Virus record (IMG/VR): IMGVR_UViG_3300036546_000137
Location: 1 to 31,428 of that record
Source: a virus
Lineage: Duplodnaviria; Caudoviricetes
Length of the DNA: 31,428 bases
Direction: 5' to 3' (one strand)
Both the position numbers and the translations under genes were made by a program. The notes beneath the pieces were generated by a model. That model saw only the letters and a program-made list of their open reading frames with translations, was not told the origin of the DNA and did no database searches. This document shows positions 9,649 through 18,212 of this stretch, piece by piece; positions within the stretch are counted from its first letter, which is position 1; each line of letters opens with the position of its first letter.

Positions 9649-9804
9649 TTAATCCTCTAGTTTCTCGAGGATTACCTTTTTCTTTTTTCCTTCCTCAGTA
9701 ACCTCAGTCACGAGGACCATCTCATGCTTACATACGGGGCAAAGATGCTTATCCGCTAAGGGTCCGCATTCTTCACGTCCGCATTCAGGACAATACCAAG
9801 TCAT
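9649..9804 (-). CDS. 51 aa zinc-ribbon protein (absent from ORF track)
   Basis: MTWYCPECGREECGPLADKHLCPVCKHEM...; GAGG RBS, ATGA overlap, fills the intergenic gap exactly. Confidence 0.8.
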   Translation of the reverse strand: MTWYCPECGREECGPLADKHLCPVCKHEMVLVTEVTEEGKKKKVILEKLED

Positions 9805-10250
9805 GCAAAACCTCCTCTGTCGATATCAAGATCAATCGTTGCCACAACCAGAAATACTCTCCCAACCATTCCTGTCTCTATAATGAGATCATTGGAATCA
9901 AGGCAGGTATCGCCAAGGTGGTGATCAGCAAGGAGCGCACGCTCAAGGATATCGGCGTAAGCCTCACCTTTATCAGCAATGTTTTCCCCGCCTTTCAGCG
10001 CAAGACTAATCTCAATCGTGTACGTGGTGGTGAATGATTCGTTATGAGACCTGGACTGTTCCATGAAGAGAATTGCAGGATACTCAGACAAGCCGGCAAG
10101 CACGTCCTTATACCCCTTATCCCATTCAGCAACAACCTCCAGATACAACGTAGGATCATCAATGTTCCATTGAGCAACCGCAGAATCAAGAGCAGGTTTC
10201 AGATATGCCTCAAGCCGTTCAAACAATTGCTTGGTTTTAGGTTGACTCAT
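9801..10250 (-). CDS. Probable tail terminator / tail completion protein
   Basis: Acidic 149 aa protein with YPAI motif just upstream of the tail tube gene. Confidence 0.65.
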   Translation of the reverse strand: MSQPKTKQLFERLEAYLKPALDSAVAQWNIDDPTLYLEVVAEWDKGYKDVLAGLSEYPAILFMEQSRSHNESFTTTYTIEISLALKGGENIADKGEAYADILERALLADHHLGDTCLDSNDLIIETGMVGRVFLVVATIDLDIDRGGFA

Positions 10251-10618
10251 AGCTTCGCCTCCACCTTTCTTACGATTCTCATCGGAACATCCCTACTCGC
10301 CACATACCGCTCAAAGCCGGGTTGCATGAATTCCTTTTCAGTCCCAATCCACCGGGCAAGGTAATTCTGGCTTCCAGGAACCCCTACACCAGGGCGGAGG
10401 TACCAGGCATTTTCCCTCTTGACGTAAAACTGCTTCACTGATCGATATGTCAGCCCGGTTCTCTTCTCAAGGGCCTGCCCATTAAGGTAGTAGCTCTTGA
10501 TAAAATCTCCGGCTTCTTTTGCGATGTCACCGGTAGCAGTAGTAATCCATCCTGCAAGATGCTTGCGAACGGTCCTTACTCTACCTATAGCGTCACCGCC
10601 AATCTCAATATCCAACAT
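10247..10618 (-). CDS. Neck / tail-completion protein (HK97 gp10-like)
   Basis: RTGLTYRS, YL..W.GT and FMQPGFE motifs; basic; canonical position. Confidence 0.7.
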   Translation of the reverse strand: MLDIEIGGDAIGRVRTVRKHLAGWITTATGDIAKEAGDFIKSYYLNGQALEKRTGLTYRSVKQFYVKRENAWYLRPGVGVPGSQNYLARWIGTEKEFMQPGFERYVASRDVPMRIVRKVEAKL

Positions 10619-10620
10619 AC

Positions 10621-11172
10621 CTACCTCGCCAAATTCCGTCGGTACTCAGAAAGCAACTTCTGTACAGCCAAAGGAGGAATGCTCTGGTCGACTGACATGG
10701 TCCCGCTGTCGGTTGTCCGACTTGAAACACCTACCATATCAGACTGTTGCATCACCGCCATATGCTGTACGGTCATTGCTACTGCGTACAAGATTGCCTC
10801 AGGTACATCTTCCCATCCGGCTTCATACACCACCTTGATTACGTCACGTCCATCTGGAACGACGTCATAGAAGACCAGGATGCCTGTCTCAAGGTCGATG
10901 CGGTAGTTGTCCGTACCAACCTCAAAACTGCGCGTACTGTCCACATACACCCCGGTCACCGAAGCAACCGGAGAATGTGACAACACTATCGCTTGGCTCA
11001 TCCCATCGAAGAACTCGGTAAATGTAGCCACCCCAAGATCGCGCTGGAGATACAGACCACAGGCAGACGTAGCCGCGGCGATAAGGTTTGTGTACTTATC
11101 TTCCTCAGGTGGGTCTATCTTGAAGCCATATTTTCCATTCAGATCACTTACTGTCAGTATCGGAGTAGCCAT
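10621..11172 (-). CDS. Head-tail adaptor (gp6/phiE125 gp8-like)
   Basis: LIAAAT..C..YL.R, PVASVTGV, VVYEAGW..VPEAI..AV, LLSEYR motifs right after the capsid gene. Confidence 0.85.
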   Translation of the reverse strand: MATPILTVSDLNGKYGFKIDPPEEDKYTNLIAAATSACGLYLQRDLGVATFTEFFDGMSQAIVLSHSPVASVTGVYVDSTRSFEVGTDNYRIDLETGILVFYDVVPDGRDVIKVVYEAGWEDVPEAILYAVAMTVQHMAVMQQSDMVGVSSRTTDSGTMSVDQSIPPLAVQKLLSEYRRNLAR

Positions 11173-11187
11173 TATTCACCGTCCTTC

Positions 11188-12306
11188 TTAAACGCCGTCA
11201 TCCATGACAAGGACCTTGAATGCATCTGCAATCAAAGGCTTGCCATCAAGACGCTCGAAACCAAGGATTCCTTTCTGGTCGTTCACTGCGTACAGTTCGC
11301 TCAGAATCTTGATATCCATCCCCTGGCGGTCAACCAACTGATAGTAGCTCAGATTCGCGGCGATAATTGCACGCTTGTCAGCGGCCATCTCATCAACATT
11401 TGTCGTGGTGATGATAGGAAGTCCCTCAATCTCCTTGAGATCTTGCTGAATCGGGAAGTAATACTGACCGTAATCATCCTTCAACAGCTTGAGCTTGGTC
11501 TTTGTCTTTGGGTTCATGATCAGGACAGCTCCGTCCTTGTAATCACCCAATTCATCGATAAGGCCCTTTACTTCCTCGAGGGTCACAGCGTCCACAGCAG
11601 CGGCGGTCTTTGCGTTTGCGGTCACACTGGTCAGAATACCAGTGATATGCGAAGCAGTAGAGCCGGTGCCCTTGATGATCTCGGCATCTTCCTTCTTGGC
11701 AAATGCCCGAGCGATATTGTCAGTGAGCCAGTTCATGGCATCAACAGCAACGTCGTTCAGGAATTCGTTGGAGACCTTAATCAAGGCACCAAGCTTGTAA
11801 GCAGAGAAAGATACCATGGTCAGTGACGGGGTAACCTCTCCAGCTCCGTTTCCTTCGCTGACGTAATCAACGGTTGCCTGGTCACCATCAACTGCAATGG
11901 TGTAATCACCGGCAACGGTCATCTTGCGACAGTATGGGCGGAACTTACCGTAGGTCTCGCGCTTCTTCACAATTTCGCTTGCGATGGAAGAGGGGACCAG
12001 ACCGGTATAGGTCGAGCCGACAGACACAGCCTCGCGAATCTTCTCAAGGAATGTCTTTGCATCCTCATTGAGCGATTCATGCTCTTCTGCCTCAACGATT
12101 TCAGCAGGAGTCTCAATCTCTTCCTTGTCTTCCTTGTCGAGGTTGTCCTCGTAGTCATGCAAGGTTTTGGTAGCCAGCTTCCATGCATTGACTTTCGTCT
12201 CTGTCATCTCGTCTGCCATCATTGCATCGAAGGCTTCCTTCTGTTTCTTCCTGAGTGCCTCGAGCTGAGACTTCTGCTCTTCGCTCAATTTCTTCTTAGT
12301 CTTCAT
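11188..12306 (-). CDS. Major capsid protein, HK97 fold with N-terminal scaffold (delta) domain
   Basis: Coiled-coil N-terminus; LVP, KLGALIKVSNEFLND, GTG...TGIL, LKDDYGQY, ERLDG...AF motifs. Confidence 0.96.
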   Translation of the reverse strand: MKTKKKLSEEQKSQLEALRKKQKEAFDAMMADEMTETKVNAWKLATKTLHDYEDNLDKEDKEEIETPAEIVEAEEHESLNEDAKTFLEKIREAVSVGSTYTGLVPSSIASEIVKKRETYGKFRPYCRKMTVAGDYTIAVDGDQATVDYVSEGNGAGEVTPSLTMVSFSAYKLGALIKVSNEFLNDVAVDAMNWLTDNIARAFAKKEDAEIIKGTGSTASHITGILTSVTANAKTAAAVDAVTLEEVKGLIDELGDYKDGAVLIMNPKTKTKLKLLKDDYGQYYFPIQQDLKEIEGLPIITTTNVDEMAADKRAIIAANLSYYQLVDRQGMDIKILSELYAVNDQKGILGFERLDGKPLIADAFKVLVMDDGV

Positions 12307-12943
12307 CGTGTTCTCCTTCCAGGATCAAGTCCTGAATCGATTGATATAGATTCCGCGTTGCCTCGACATCCGGGGACAATTCCTCGGTTTCCAAGGGAGG
12401 CACTCCACCCTCTTCTTCTGTCTCTTCATCACGGTCACTTTCTTTTTTAACAGCCCCGTTTCCACCGGCTGGAGTGGTGACAAAATCAAGATACCGCACC
12501 AACTCGTAAGTAGCTGCATTGACTACTCCGTCCTGGTCTGTCTCTCCATATCCAACAGAGGAAACACCAATAGGCAGACCATGCTCAGCGATGGATTCAA
12601 GCTTCCTGGAATACTCCTCATCCAGGACAAATACATCTACGCAGAGATACCCATCTTTGATTTGAGGATTCTTACACACCGCTTTAACCGGGCCATAATC
12701 ACCGTAGCGATCCCCATTGTGGCCATCATAAGCAACAGTGCTTTTACTCTCTGCTACAATCCGCTTGGCAAGGGGTTCCCCATATACACGACCATTGAGG
12801 TTGACTACCCCGATTTTCCATACCTGTGCTTCCCAAGCGCTCACGGAGCCTTTTGCCTCAGTAAGGCGCTCTTCCGGTAATCTGGTGAATTTGATTTCGC
12901 CGCTCGGACTGTCTTCAAATAATTTCTTCTTCATTACGCTCAT
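12296..12943 (-). CDS. Prohead maturation protease, T4 gp21-like (peptidase S77/U9 type)
   Basis: NLNGRVY...DGH...GVSSVGYG...DFVTTPA; start placed at 12943 by ATGA overlap with the portal stop. Confidence 0.82.
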   Translation of the reverse strand: MSVMKKKLFEDSPSGEIKFTRLPEERLTEAKGSVSAWEAQVWKIGVVNLNGRVYGEPLAKRIVAESKSTVAYDGHNGDRYGDYGPVKAVCKNPQIKDGYLCVDVFVLDEEYSRKLESIAEHGLPIGVSSVGYGETDQDGVVNAATYELVRYLDFVTTPAGGNGAVKKESDRDEETEEEGGVPPLETEELSPDVEATRNLYQSIQDLILEGEHDED

Positions 12944-14895
12944 CTCCCTGGTGCGATCCCGCACTCACAATGTGTATGAAACGGAGGGTGTTTATAGGTC
13001 TTCTGGATGATGCGAACATTCCCTACTCCGTCATCCACATTCTCACCCTTATCAAGCACAGCACCATTAACTTCAACAACCTTTCCATCAAGCTTCTTGC
13101 AGAACTCGCAAGCATCAGCGTTAGCTACCACATGCATATAGGTCACTCCCAGTTGACCGAAGAGGAAGAGATTAAATGCGTTCCCTGCCCTGTTGGTTTC
13201 TTCCTGGCTTTCGTTTTTAGGGAGCGACGTTATCCAGTCCTGCGATATTTCATCCACGCGGGTAGTGATTTCATCAGGAGTGAGATTTGTAACTGCTTTG
13301 GTGACATCTTTTACCCTGGCATTACCGTGGCGATTTGCCATGCTGGTAGCGTATTTGGCCGCATAAGCAAGCCTCTGGTCTTCTGGAACATCGTTTCCGG
13401 TTTTGACTTGCTTCTGTACCACAGGGAAGAGCCGATCAATAATCGCCTTAAAAATAGGGATGTACTTCTGGCCATACTCAGTAGCAAGACTGTCAGCGAA
13501 CTTCTTGAACTCGGCAGCAATCCCCTCTGCATCAAGACCAGCAGTAGCTAACCGTTTTAGCTCAGCAATCTCAGCTTTTAACTGTGCCCTGATCAACGCT
13601 TCTACCTTGGAGCGAGATGTACGAGTAACGGCCTGTGCCTCTGAGATGAACGACAAGTCAGCCGCTTTGCGCTTCTCCTCAAAAGGCACAGGCTCGGAAA
13701 TTGCTTCTAAATTAACGCTTTCAGGTATGCCGTAGTTGTTAGCCGGTTCAGCAGTAATGGCCTTTGAGAGAGAAAGGTAATTCATAGGGAACATAAGGGT
13801 ATCGCCCTCAGGAACAGGATTAAGATCCTCGAGAGCTCTGACTTCATTTACAGTCATCCATCCGTTTTGTATAGCACTCTGGTAAAAGGCAGCACGAGCG
13901 GAGTGATCACCGCGCAAGAATCCGGCCATTGAGAATTTTATATACTGACCGTTCTTGCAAATCTTTTCATCAAGAGCGCTCTCCCAGAACACAGCACGAG
14001 GCTGAAGAGAGAACTGAATCAGGTTAAGGTTCTGCTGCTCACTATTTGCGAAGGTTGCCTTGGTAAGGTCACCAGCGAAGAAAGGAGGCACCCCGAAACG
14101 CCGGCACACTTCCTGGAGGGTCCAGCTCTGTGCATCGTTCATCTTGGCGCTGTCATTCTCGGTCAAGCGTATTGGATCATATTTCATGGAGTCTTCGATA
14201 ATGCCTGTTTTGTAAGCATTGCCTTCTCCAGCGAACTCATTGTTAAACATTATCTTGAGCTGGTCTTTAACTTCCTTAGACGTGCCACGCGGAACAGTGA
14301 TTATCCCACCAAGGGTAGTGCCACGCTTGTAATAGCCAATTTGTAGAGCCTTGCTGGACTCCGCTACTGAGATATCTTTCTGTGCGTAATCGAGCGGAGA
14401 GAGGATAGATGTATATCCAACCTTGAGGTTTGATATCTCCAAGACATCTGCGCTGTTAAACTTCTCTCCAGATGGACCGTATTCGTAAATCAGCTTCCCG
14501 TTCTTCCAGGACGATCTCATAAGTGACGGAGCAACCGGGTACATAGCAATCACATTTCCCGTTCTTCCCCGGTCAAGGATTGCATAGGCTACACCGTATA
14601 ACTCAAAATTAAATGCCATGATTGAGCGCCATTTCTGACTATTCAAATATGGGCACGGTGTACGCAGCAACATAGCTGCCTCACTTACCTGGTCAATATT
14701 TCTATTACGCCCGTTTATAGTATACATATGTAAAGGTAAGGTAGCGAAGGTACGCATCAAATTGGTCAAGCAGATCCAGAAGGAAGAGTTCTCTAAGGCT
14801 TTTGCTTTTCCACCCATAGCCAATCCGCCTAGCCCGGTTCCTACAACCCTTGCTAAGTCAATCTGCTCAGTCTGTTTTCGTCTAAAAATTCCCAC
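12940..14895 (-). CDS. HK97-family portal protein fused to a MuF/SPP1-gp7-like C-terminal domain
   Basis: FGVPP, ATFANSEQQ, LRGD...R..FY..AIQNGWMTVNEVRALEDL.P portal motifs, then CEFC..LDGK...HPPFHTHCEC; GTG start at 14895 with AGGAGG RBS. Confidence 0.9.
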   Translation of the reverse strand: MGIFRRKQTEQIDLARVVGTGLGGLAMGGKAKALENSSFWICLTNLMRTFATLPLHMYTINGRNRNIDQVSEAAMLLRTPCPYLNSQKWRSIMAFNFELYGVAYAILDRGRTGNVIAMYPVAPSLMRSSWKNGKLIYEYGPSGEKFNSADVLEISNLKVGYTSILSPLDYAQKDISVAESSKALQIGYYKRGTTLGGIITVPRGTSKEVKDQLKIMFNNEFAGEGNAYKTGIIEDSMKYDPIRLTENDSAKMNDAQSWTLQEVCRRFGVPPFFAGDLTKATFANSEQQNLNLIQFSLQPRAVFWESALDEKICKNGQYIKFSMAGFLRGDHSARAAFYQSAIQNGWMTVNEVRALEDLNPVPEGDTLMFPMNYLSLSKAITAEPANNYGIPESVNLEAISEPVPFEEKRKAADLSFISEAQAVTRTSRSKVEALIRAQLKAEIAELKRLATAGLDAEGIAAEFKKFADSLATEYGQKYIPIFKAIIDRLFPVVQKQVKTGNDVPEDQRLAYAAKYATSMANRHGNARVKDVTKAVTNLTPDEITTRVDEISQDWITSLPKNESQEETNRAGNAFNLFLFGQLGVTYMHVVANADACEFCKKLDGKVVEVNGAVLDKGENVDDGVGNVRIIQKTYKHPPFHTHCECGIAPGR

Positions 14896-14905
14896 ACCCT
14901 GCCTC

Positions 14906-16630
14906 CTAGAAGAAGACCGCAGCACTAGCAAGATCATCAAGAGTCAATCCTGTTTTAGCGTTGTTTATTGCGGTATCGTGCGCCATGATGGCTGCGATTA
15001 CTCCGTCGATGCGCGCTGCGCTTCTGTCTACCTTTGGCTTGATTAGCTTTACATTCCCATTTGAATCAGTCCATGAATCAGCACTACTCATCATCCATTT
15101 CATGACTGGATTGCCACCTGACTGGATGTTTCCCAATAGATACTGTCTCTCAAAGAATTGTGTACTGGGGCTCATGGTCATCTTCCCCTGGCTGAACTCG
15201 AATGTGATTTCTTCGAACCAGGAGGGAGTTACCCGCGCAAGATCAATGAGCCTGTGACGGTCACCGGCAATAAGGTTGACCTCGTATTTCTCCCTAAACT
15301 CGGTCAACCATTGACCTACCATCACATAATCAACCACCGGTCCAGGAGTAGCTATGACATAGCCATCCTGTATCCATTGCTCCAGAGGAATAGAGCATTG
15401 TCTCTGTATCTTGATTACGTTCTCTTCTGGCACCCAGAACATGTATAGCTGTTGATGTTGACTTGACCCATTGATTGGAGGGAAGTCAGCTACAAAGGCT
15501 GTAAAGTCACTATTGCTCGAGAGGTCAATACCTCCGTAACAAGGAGCACCTTCGACAATATTCACGGGGGAACAGCAGAAATCGTTCCACTTCTCCATGT
15601 TGGCCCATTTAACCAGGCTGTAAACCCACATGTTTAGATTCTTTGTTTTGAAGGTAGCAAGGTCGGATGCACTATCCTTTGAGTCCTTGTAACGCCCCTC
15701 AATCATGTCAGGGTATATTGAGATACCCCAGTTTGGATTAGCCTTTATCCAGGTATTCCTTTCACTCGGCTTATCGTTTTTTTCTGCTTCGTAGATACCC
15801 ACCCAATACCGGTCATTCTCAATATCGCCATAAGCAATCTTCTTGCATTTCTCGTACTCTTGATGACAAGGGCCATGGATGTTCGTTCCCGCCGTAGTAA
15901 TGATCAGAGCCATGCTCTCAGGATCACTCACATTGCCTGAGAGAAAGGAATCAAGCATCCCGGTATCCTTTGCCTCATGGTATTCGTCCAGGATGGCACA
16001 GTGAATAAGCTTGCCGTCCTTGGGAGCTGCGGTAAGAGCCTTTACCTGGCACTCACCCCATTTGATAATTTTGTATGTCTTGGAATTGTAAGACTCATAG
16101 CCCTTATGCTTGGCAAGCTTCAATCCCTCATCAGCACGACTGAAACAGTCATCCGCCTGCTCTAGGCTGTTTGCTGCAATAACACTTACTGCGCTGGGGT
16201 AGTTGTCGCCGAAGGCCATGTAATCAGCAATCGCACCAGCTAAGGTACTCTTGCCGTTCTTGCGGGGTATCTGCCAATAACCCCTCACATAACATCGTCT
16301 ACCGGTCTCTCTGTCGACAAAACCGAAGAGATCCATGATATCGAAGATTTCCCAAGATTCGGCCTTGAATGCCTTACCCCGTTTTTCGCCGAGAGGAAAC
16401 TTGTAATTGGCTGCTATCCAGAGAAGCGGTTTGAGAGCCTTCTCCATGTCGAACACCCAGCGCCCTGTGGTCTGCTTGAGCCTTGCCTGATGTCGTCGTA
16501 CCTTCGCCCGCTCAACTCCACTCACCAAGCGCTTACCACTCAACACCATATCGCAGTACTCCTGGTACTGCTGGATAAAGAGTTCACTCAACTTGGTTTT
16601 GGTTGTTGGGGATAAGGTACGTCCAATCAT
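14906..16630 (-). CDS. terL: Terminase large subunit
   Basis: Walker A IPRKNGKST, Walker B LDEYH, ITTAG, KANPN, nuclease GIDLS and RIDGVIA. Confidence 0.97.
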   Translation of the reverse strand: MIGRTLSPTTKTKLSELFIQQYQEYCDMVLSGKRLVSGVERAKVRRHQARLKQTTGRWVFDMEKALKPLLWIAANYKFPLGEKRGKAFKAESWEIFDIMDLFGFVDRETGRRCYVRGYWQIPRKNGKSTLAGAIADYMAFGDNYPSAVSVIAANSLEQADDCFSRADEGLKLAKHKGYESYNSKTYKIIKWGECQVKALTAAPKDGKLIHCAILDEYHEAKDTGMLDSFLSGNVSDPESMALIITTAGTNIHGPCHQEYEKCKKIAYGDIENDRYWVGIYEAEKNDKPSERNTWIKANPNWGISIYPDMIEGRYKDSKDSASDLATFKTKNLNMWVYSLVKWANMEKWNDFCCSPVNIVEGAPCYGGIDLSSNSDFTAFVADFPPINGSSQHQQLYMFWVPEENVIKIQRQCSIPLEQWIQDGYVIATPGPVVDYVMVGQWLTEFREKYEVNLIAGDRHRLIDLARVTPSWFEEITFEFSQGKMTMSPSTQFFERQYLLGNIQSGGNPVMKWMMSSADSWTDSNGNVKLIKPKVDRSAARIDGVIAAIMAHDTAINNAKTGLTLDDLASAAVFF

Positions 16631-16965
16631 AGGCCAAAGTCCGATTCAATGTCTTTGTCATTGACCCGCTTCCTTGTGGGTTGCGGGGTGTACTTCATAG
16701 CTTTGCGGTCCTTGGGTGTAGCGCCATATTTGCTCATGATCCTGAGATATGATGCAATCGCCGCTTGTTTGTCTTTGTCATTTTTGGCTGTACGGAATTG
16801 CTCATACTGGGTGCAAGCCATTTCAATTACCGGCTTGTCCAATTCGGTTGCAAGACCCATCGCAATTAGAGAACCAAAGAGATCAGCCCAATGACTCTTT
16901 GCAATTTCTCCCAGATGGTCGGGAGCAGTAGGCCTTGTAGAAAGAATTTGTTTTTTTCTAGCCAC
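16627..16965 (-). CDS. terS: Terminase small subunit, P27 family
   Basis: APDHL...AK.HW, D......C..Y, YGATPKDR motifs; directly upstream of terL. Confidence 0.9.
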   Translation of the reverse strand: MARKKQILSTRPTAPDHLGEIAKSHWADLFGSLIAMGLATELDKPVIEMACTQYEQFRTAKNDKDKQAAIASYLRIMSKYGATPKDRKAMKYTPQPTRKRVNDKDIESDFGL

Positions 16966-17482
16966 GGTTCACCTCAGAAAAATTTTCGTATATATCACGA
17001 CTGCCTGACCGCGCTGGGGTTATGTGTAGGGGGGAAGTTTTGGACCCCTCCCCCGGGGTGGCTGAGGATAGGCGGGCCTTGTCTGCAAAGTAGGCAGTAA
17101 TCTTCTCTCTATCCTCCAACTGCTTGCGTCTGTTGCAGCTATAGCAAAGCGGTTGATACAAAGCAGGGTCCAGGTCAAACTTCCCGTACAGGTCCATCAT
17201 AATCTCAGCAGGGATGCTCTTATGGTCCACACACTGGGCAGGCTTACCACACAAGGCACAGGTAGGATTCCCCTTGAGAAAGTCCTTTGCAAACTTGTGC
17301 CAGCTATGGTCGTAGCCACGCTCAGGTGCACTCGGCCTAGGTGAGATATCCTCACCCTGCTTCACCGGTTCATGCATATACAAAGCAGAACGCTTAGCCT
17401 GGCACTCATCACAGTACCCGCTAGCGTTCGTATGCAGATTCGAACATCGGTATGTTTTGCATCGTTTCTTGAATAATCCCAT
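16958..17482 (-). CDS. HNH endonuclease, HK97 gp74-like terminase cofactor
   Basis: N-terminal Cys cluster, RGYDHSW, CALC...VDH...LCYSCN; upstream of terS. Confidence 0.88.
   Translation of the reverse strand: MGLFKKRCKTYRCSNLHTNASGYCDECQAKRSALYMHEPVKQGEDISPRPSAPERGYDHSWHKFAKDFLKGNPTCALCGKPAQCVDHKSIPAEIMMDLYGKFDLDPALYQPLCYSCNRRKQLEDREKITAYFADKARLSSATPGEGSKTSPLHITPARSGSRDIYENFSEVNRG
16980..17060. other. Candidate cos region
   Basis: GGGGGAGGGGTCCAAAACTT...ACCCCAGCGCGGTC (minus) just upstream of terS, the usual place and composition of cos in HNH/P27-terminase phages; cut site not determinable. Confidence 0.45.
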
Positions 17483-17491
17483 ATCGTGCGT

Positions 17492-17520
17492 ATTATACCA
17501 CGAAAACAGGTTTTAAGCAA
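17492..17520 (-). promoter_or_regulatory. Late-operon sigma70-type promoter
   Basis: TTGCTT-17 nt-TATAAT with extended -10 (TGG TATAAT), 9 nt before the HNH ATG. Confidence 0.8.
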
Positions 17521-17544
17521 TTATAAAGCTATATTATATAAAGA

Positions 17545-17599
17545 GATACATCCAGATACTAACTGATACGCCAAGTCACTAACTGATACTCTATGATAC
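17545..17599. repeat. GATAC array at 10 bp period upstream of late promoter
   Basis: GATAC at 17545, 17555, 17565, 17585, 17595 (GTCAC at 17575); ACTAACTGATAC twice, 20 bp apart. Confidence 0.85.
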
Positions 17600-18046
17600 A
17601 GTAATGAGCTTTCGTCTTATCAACTCAGCCTTAATATCATCCACCCCGTAAGCAAGCAGGTAAGGAACGCCGTTGCGCTTACACCGTCTCTCGAAGGATT
17701 CCTGCCTCTTTGACTGCTTACCTACCACCGGTCTCTTGACCTCCACGTATCCCAACTCCACCGGGTAGGTTGGAAGAATGGAATTGATATCCGCTGGTTC
17801 CGCTTCCAGGTAACTGGCATCCTTTGGCCACCAGACAATCAGATCACCTGTACCTGCCCAGAGTCCTGTTGAGATAAGCTGCATCGTCTTGACTGCATTA
17901 TTGCCCGCCGCCTCATTCGGCACCGAGTGACGGAAGATGTGAAGGCTCTGGAGATACTGGACTATTTCTGCTTGGATGATTTCTTCAGGAACATTGCTAT
18001 TGCTCTTAACCTTTGTTGTAAACTGTGTACCCTTCTGTCTTCTCAT
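17591..18046 (-). CDS. VRR-NUC family nuclease (resolvase-like)
   Basis: EEIIQAEIV.YL, VPNE, G.GDL, YVEVK...GKQS..Q motifs; start moved to 18046 (AAGGAG RBS), outside the origin. Confidence 0.88.
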   Translation of the reverse strand: MRRQKGTQFTTKVKSNSNVPEEIIQAEIVQYLQSLHIFRHSVPNEAAGNNAVKTMQLISTGLWAGTGDLIVWWPKDASYLEAEPADINSILPTYPVELGYVEVKRPVVGKQSKRQESFERRCKRNGVPYLLAYGVDDIKAELIRRKLITVS

Positions 18047-18096
18047 GGTTCTTATTCTCCTTCTCAATCTTGCTGTTTCAGACCCCCGCAGCTCAG

Positions 18097-18212
18097 AGGG
18101 GACATGGGGTATATTTATATAATAAATATATACCCCTCTGTGTCCCCTATCCTGACTGCCTTGCCCAGTGAGGGGACACAATAATGTCCCCTCTATGTCC
18201 CCTGTGTCCCCT
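18097..18212. repeat. Probable replication origin: six TGTCCCCT iterons around an AT-rich palindrome
   Basis: TGTCCCCT at 18141, 18185, 18196, 18205; inverted AGGGGACA at 18097, 18171; GGGGTATAT...ATATACCCC at 18106-18136; immediately after the primase-helicase. Confidence 0.75.

Noticed and set aside
10993-11826. 277 aa plus-strand ORF
   Set aside because: Antisense to the capsid gene; no RBS or motif; expected from codon bias.
17545-18212. Short repeat clusters as a CRISPR array
   Set aside because: Units are 5-12 bp without unique 30-40 bp spacers; the Cas4-like gene is an ordinary phage exonuclease.
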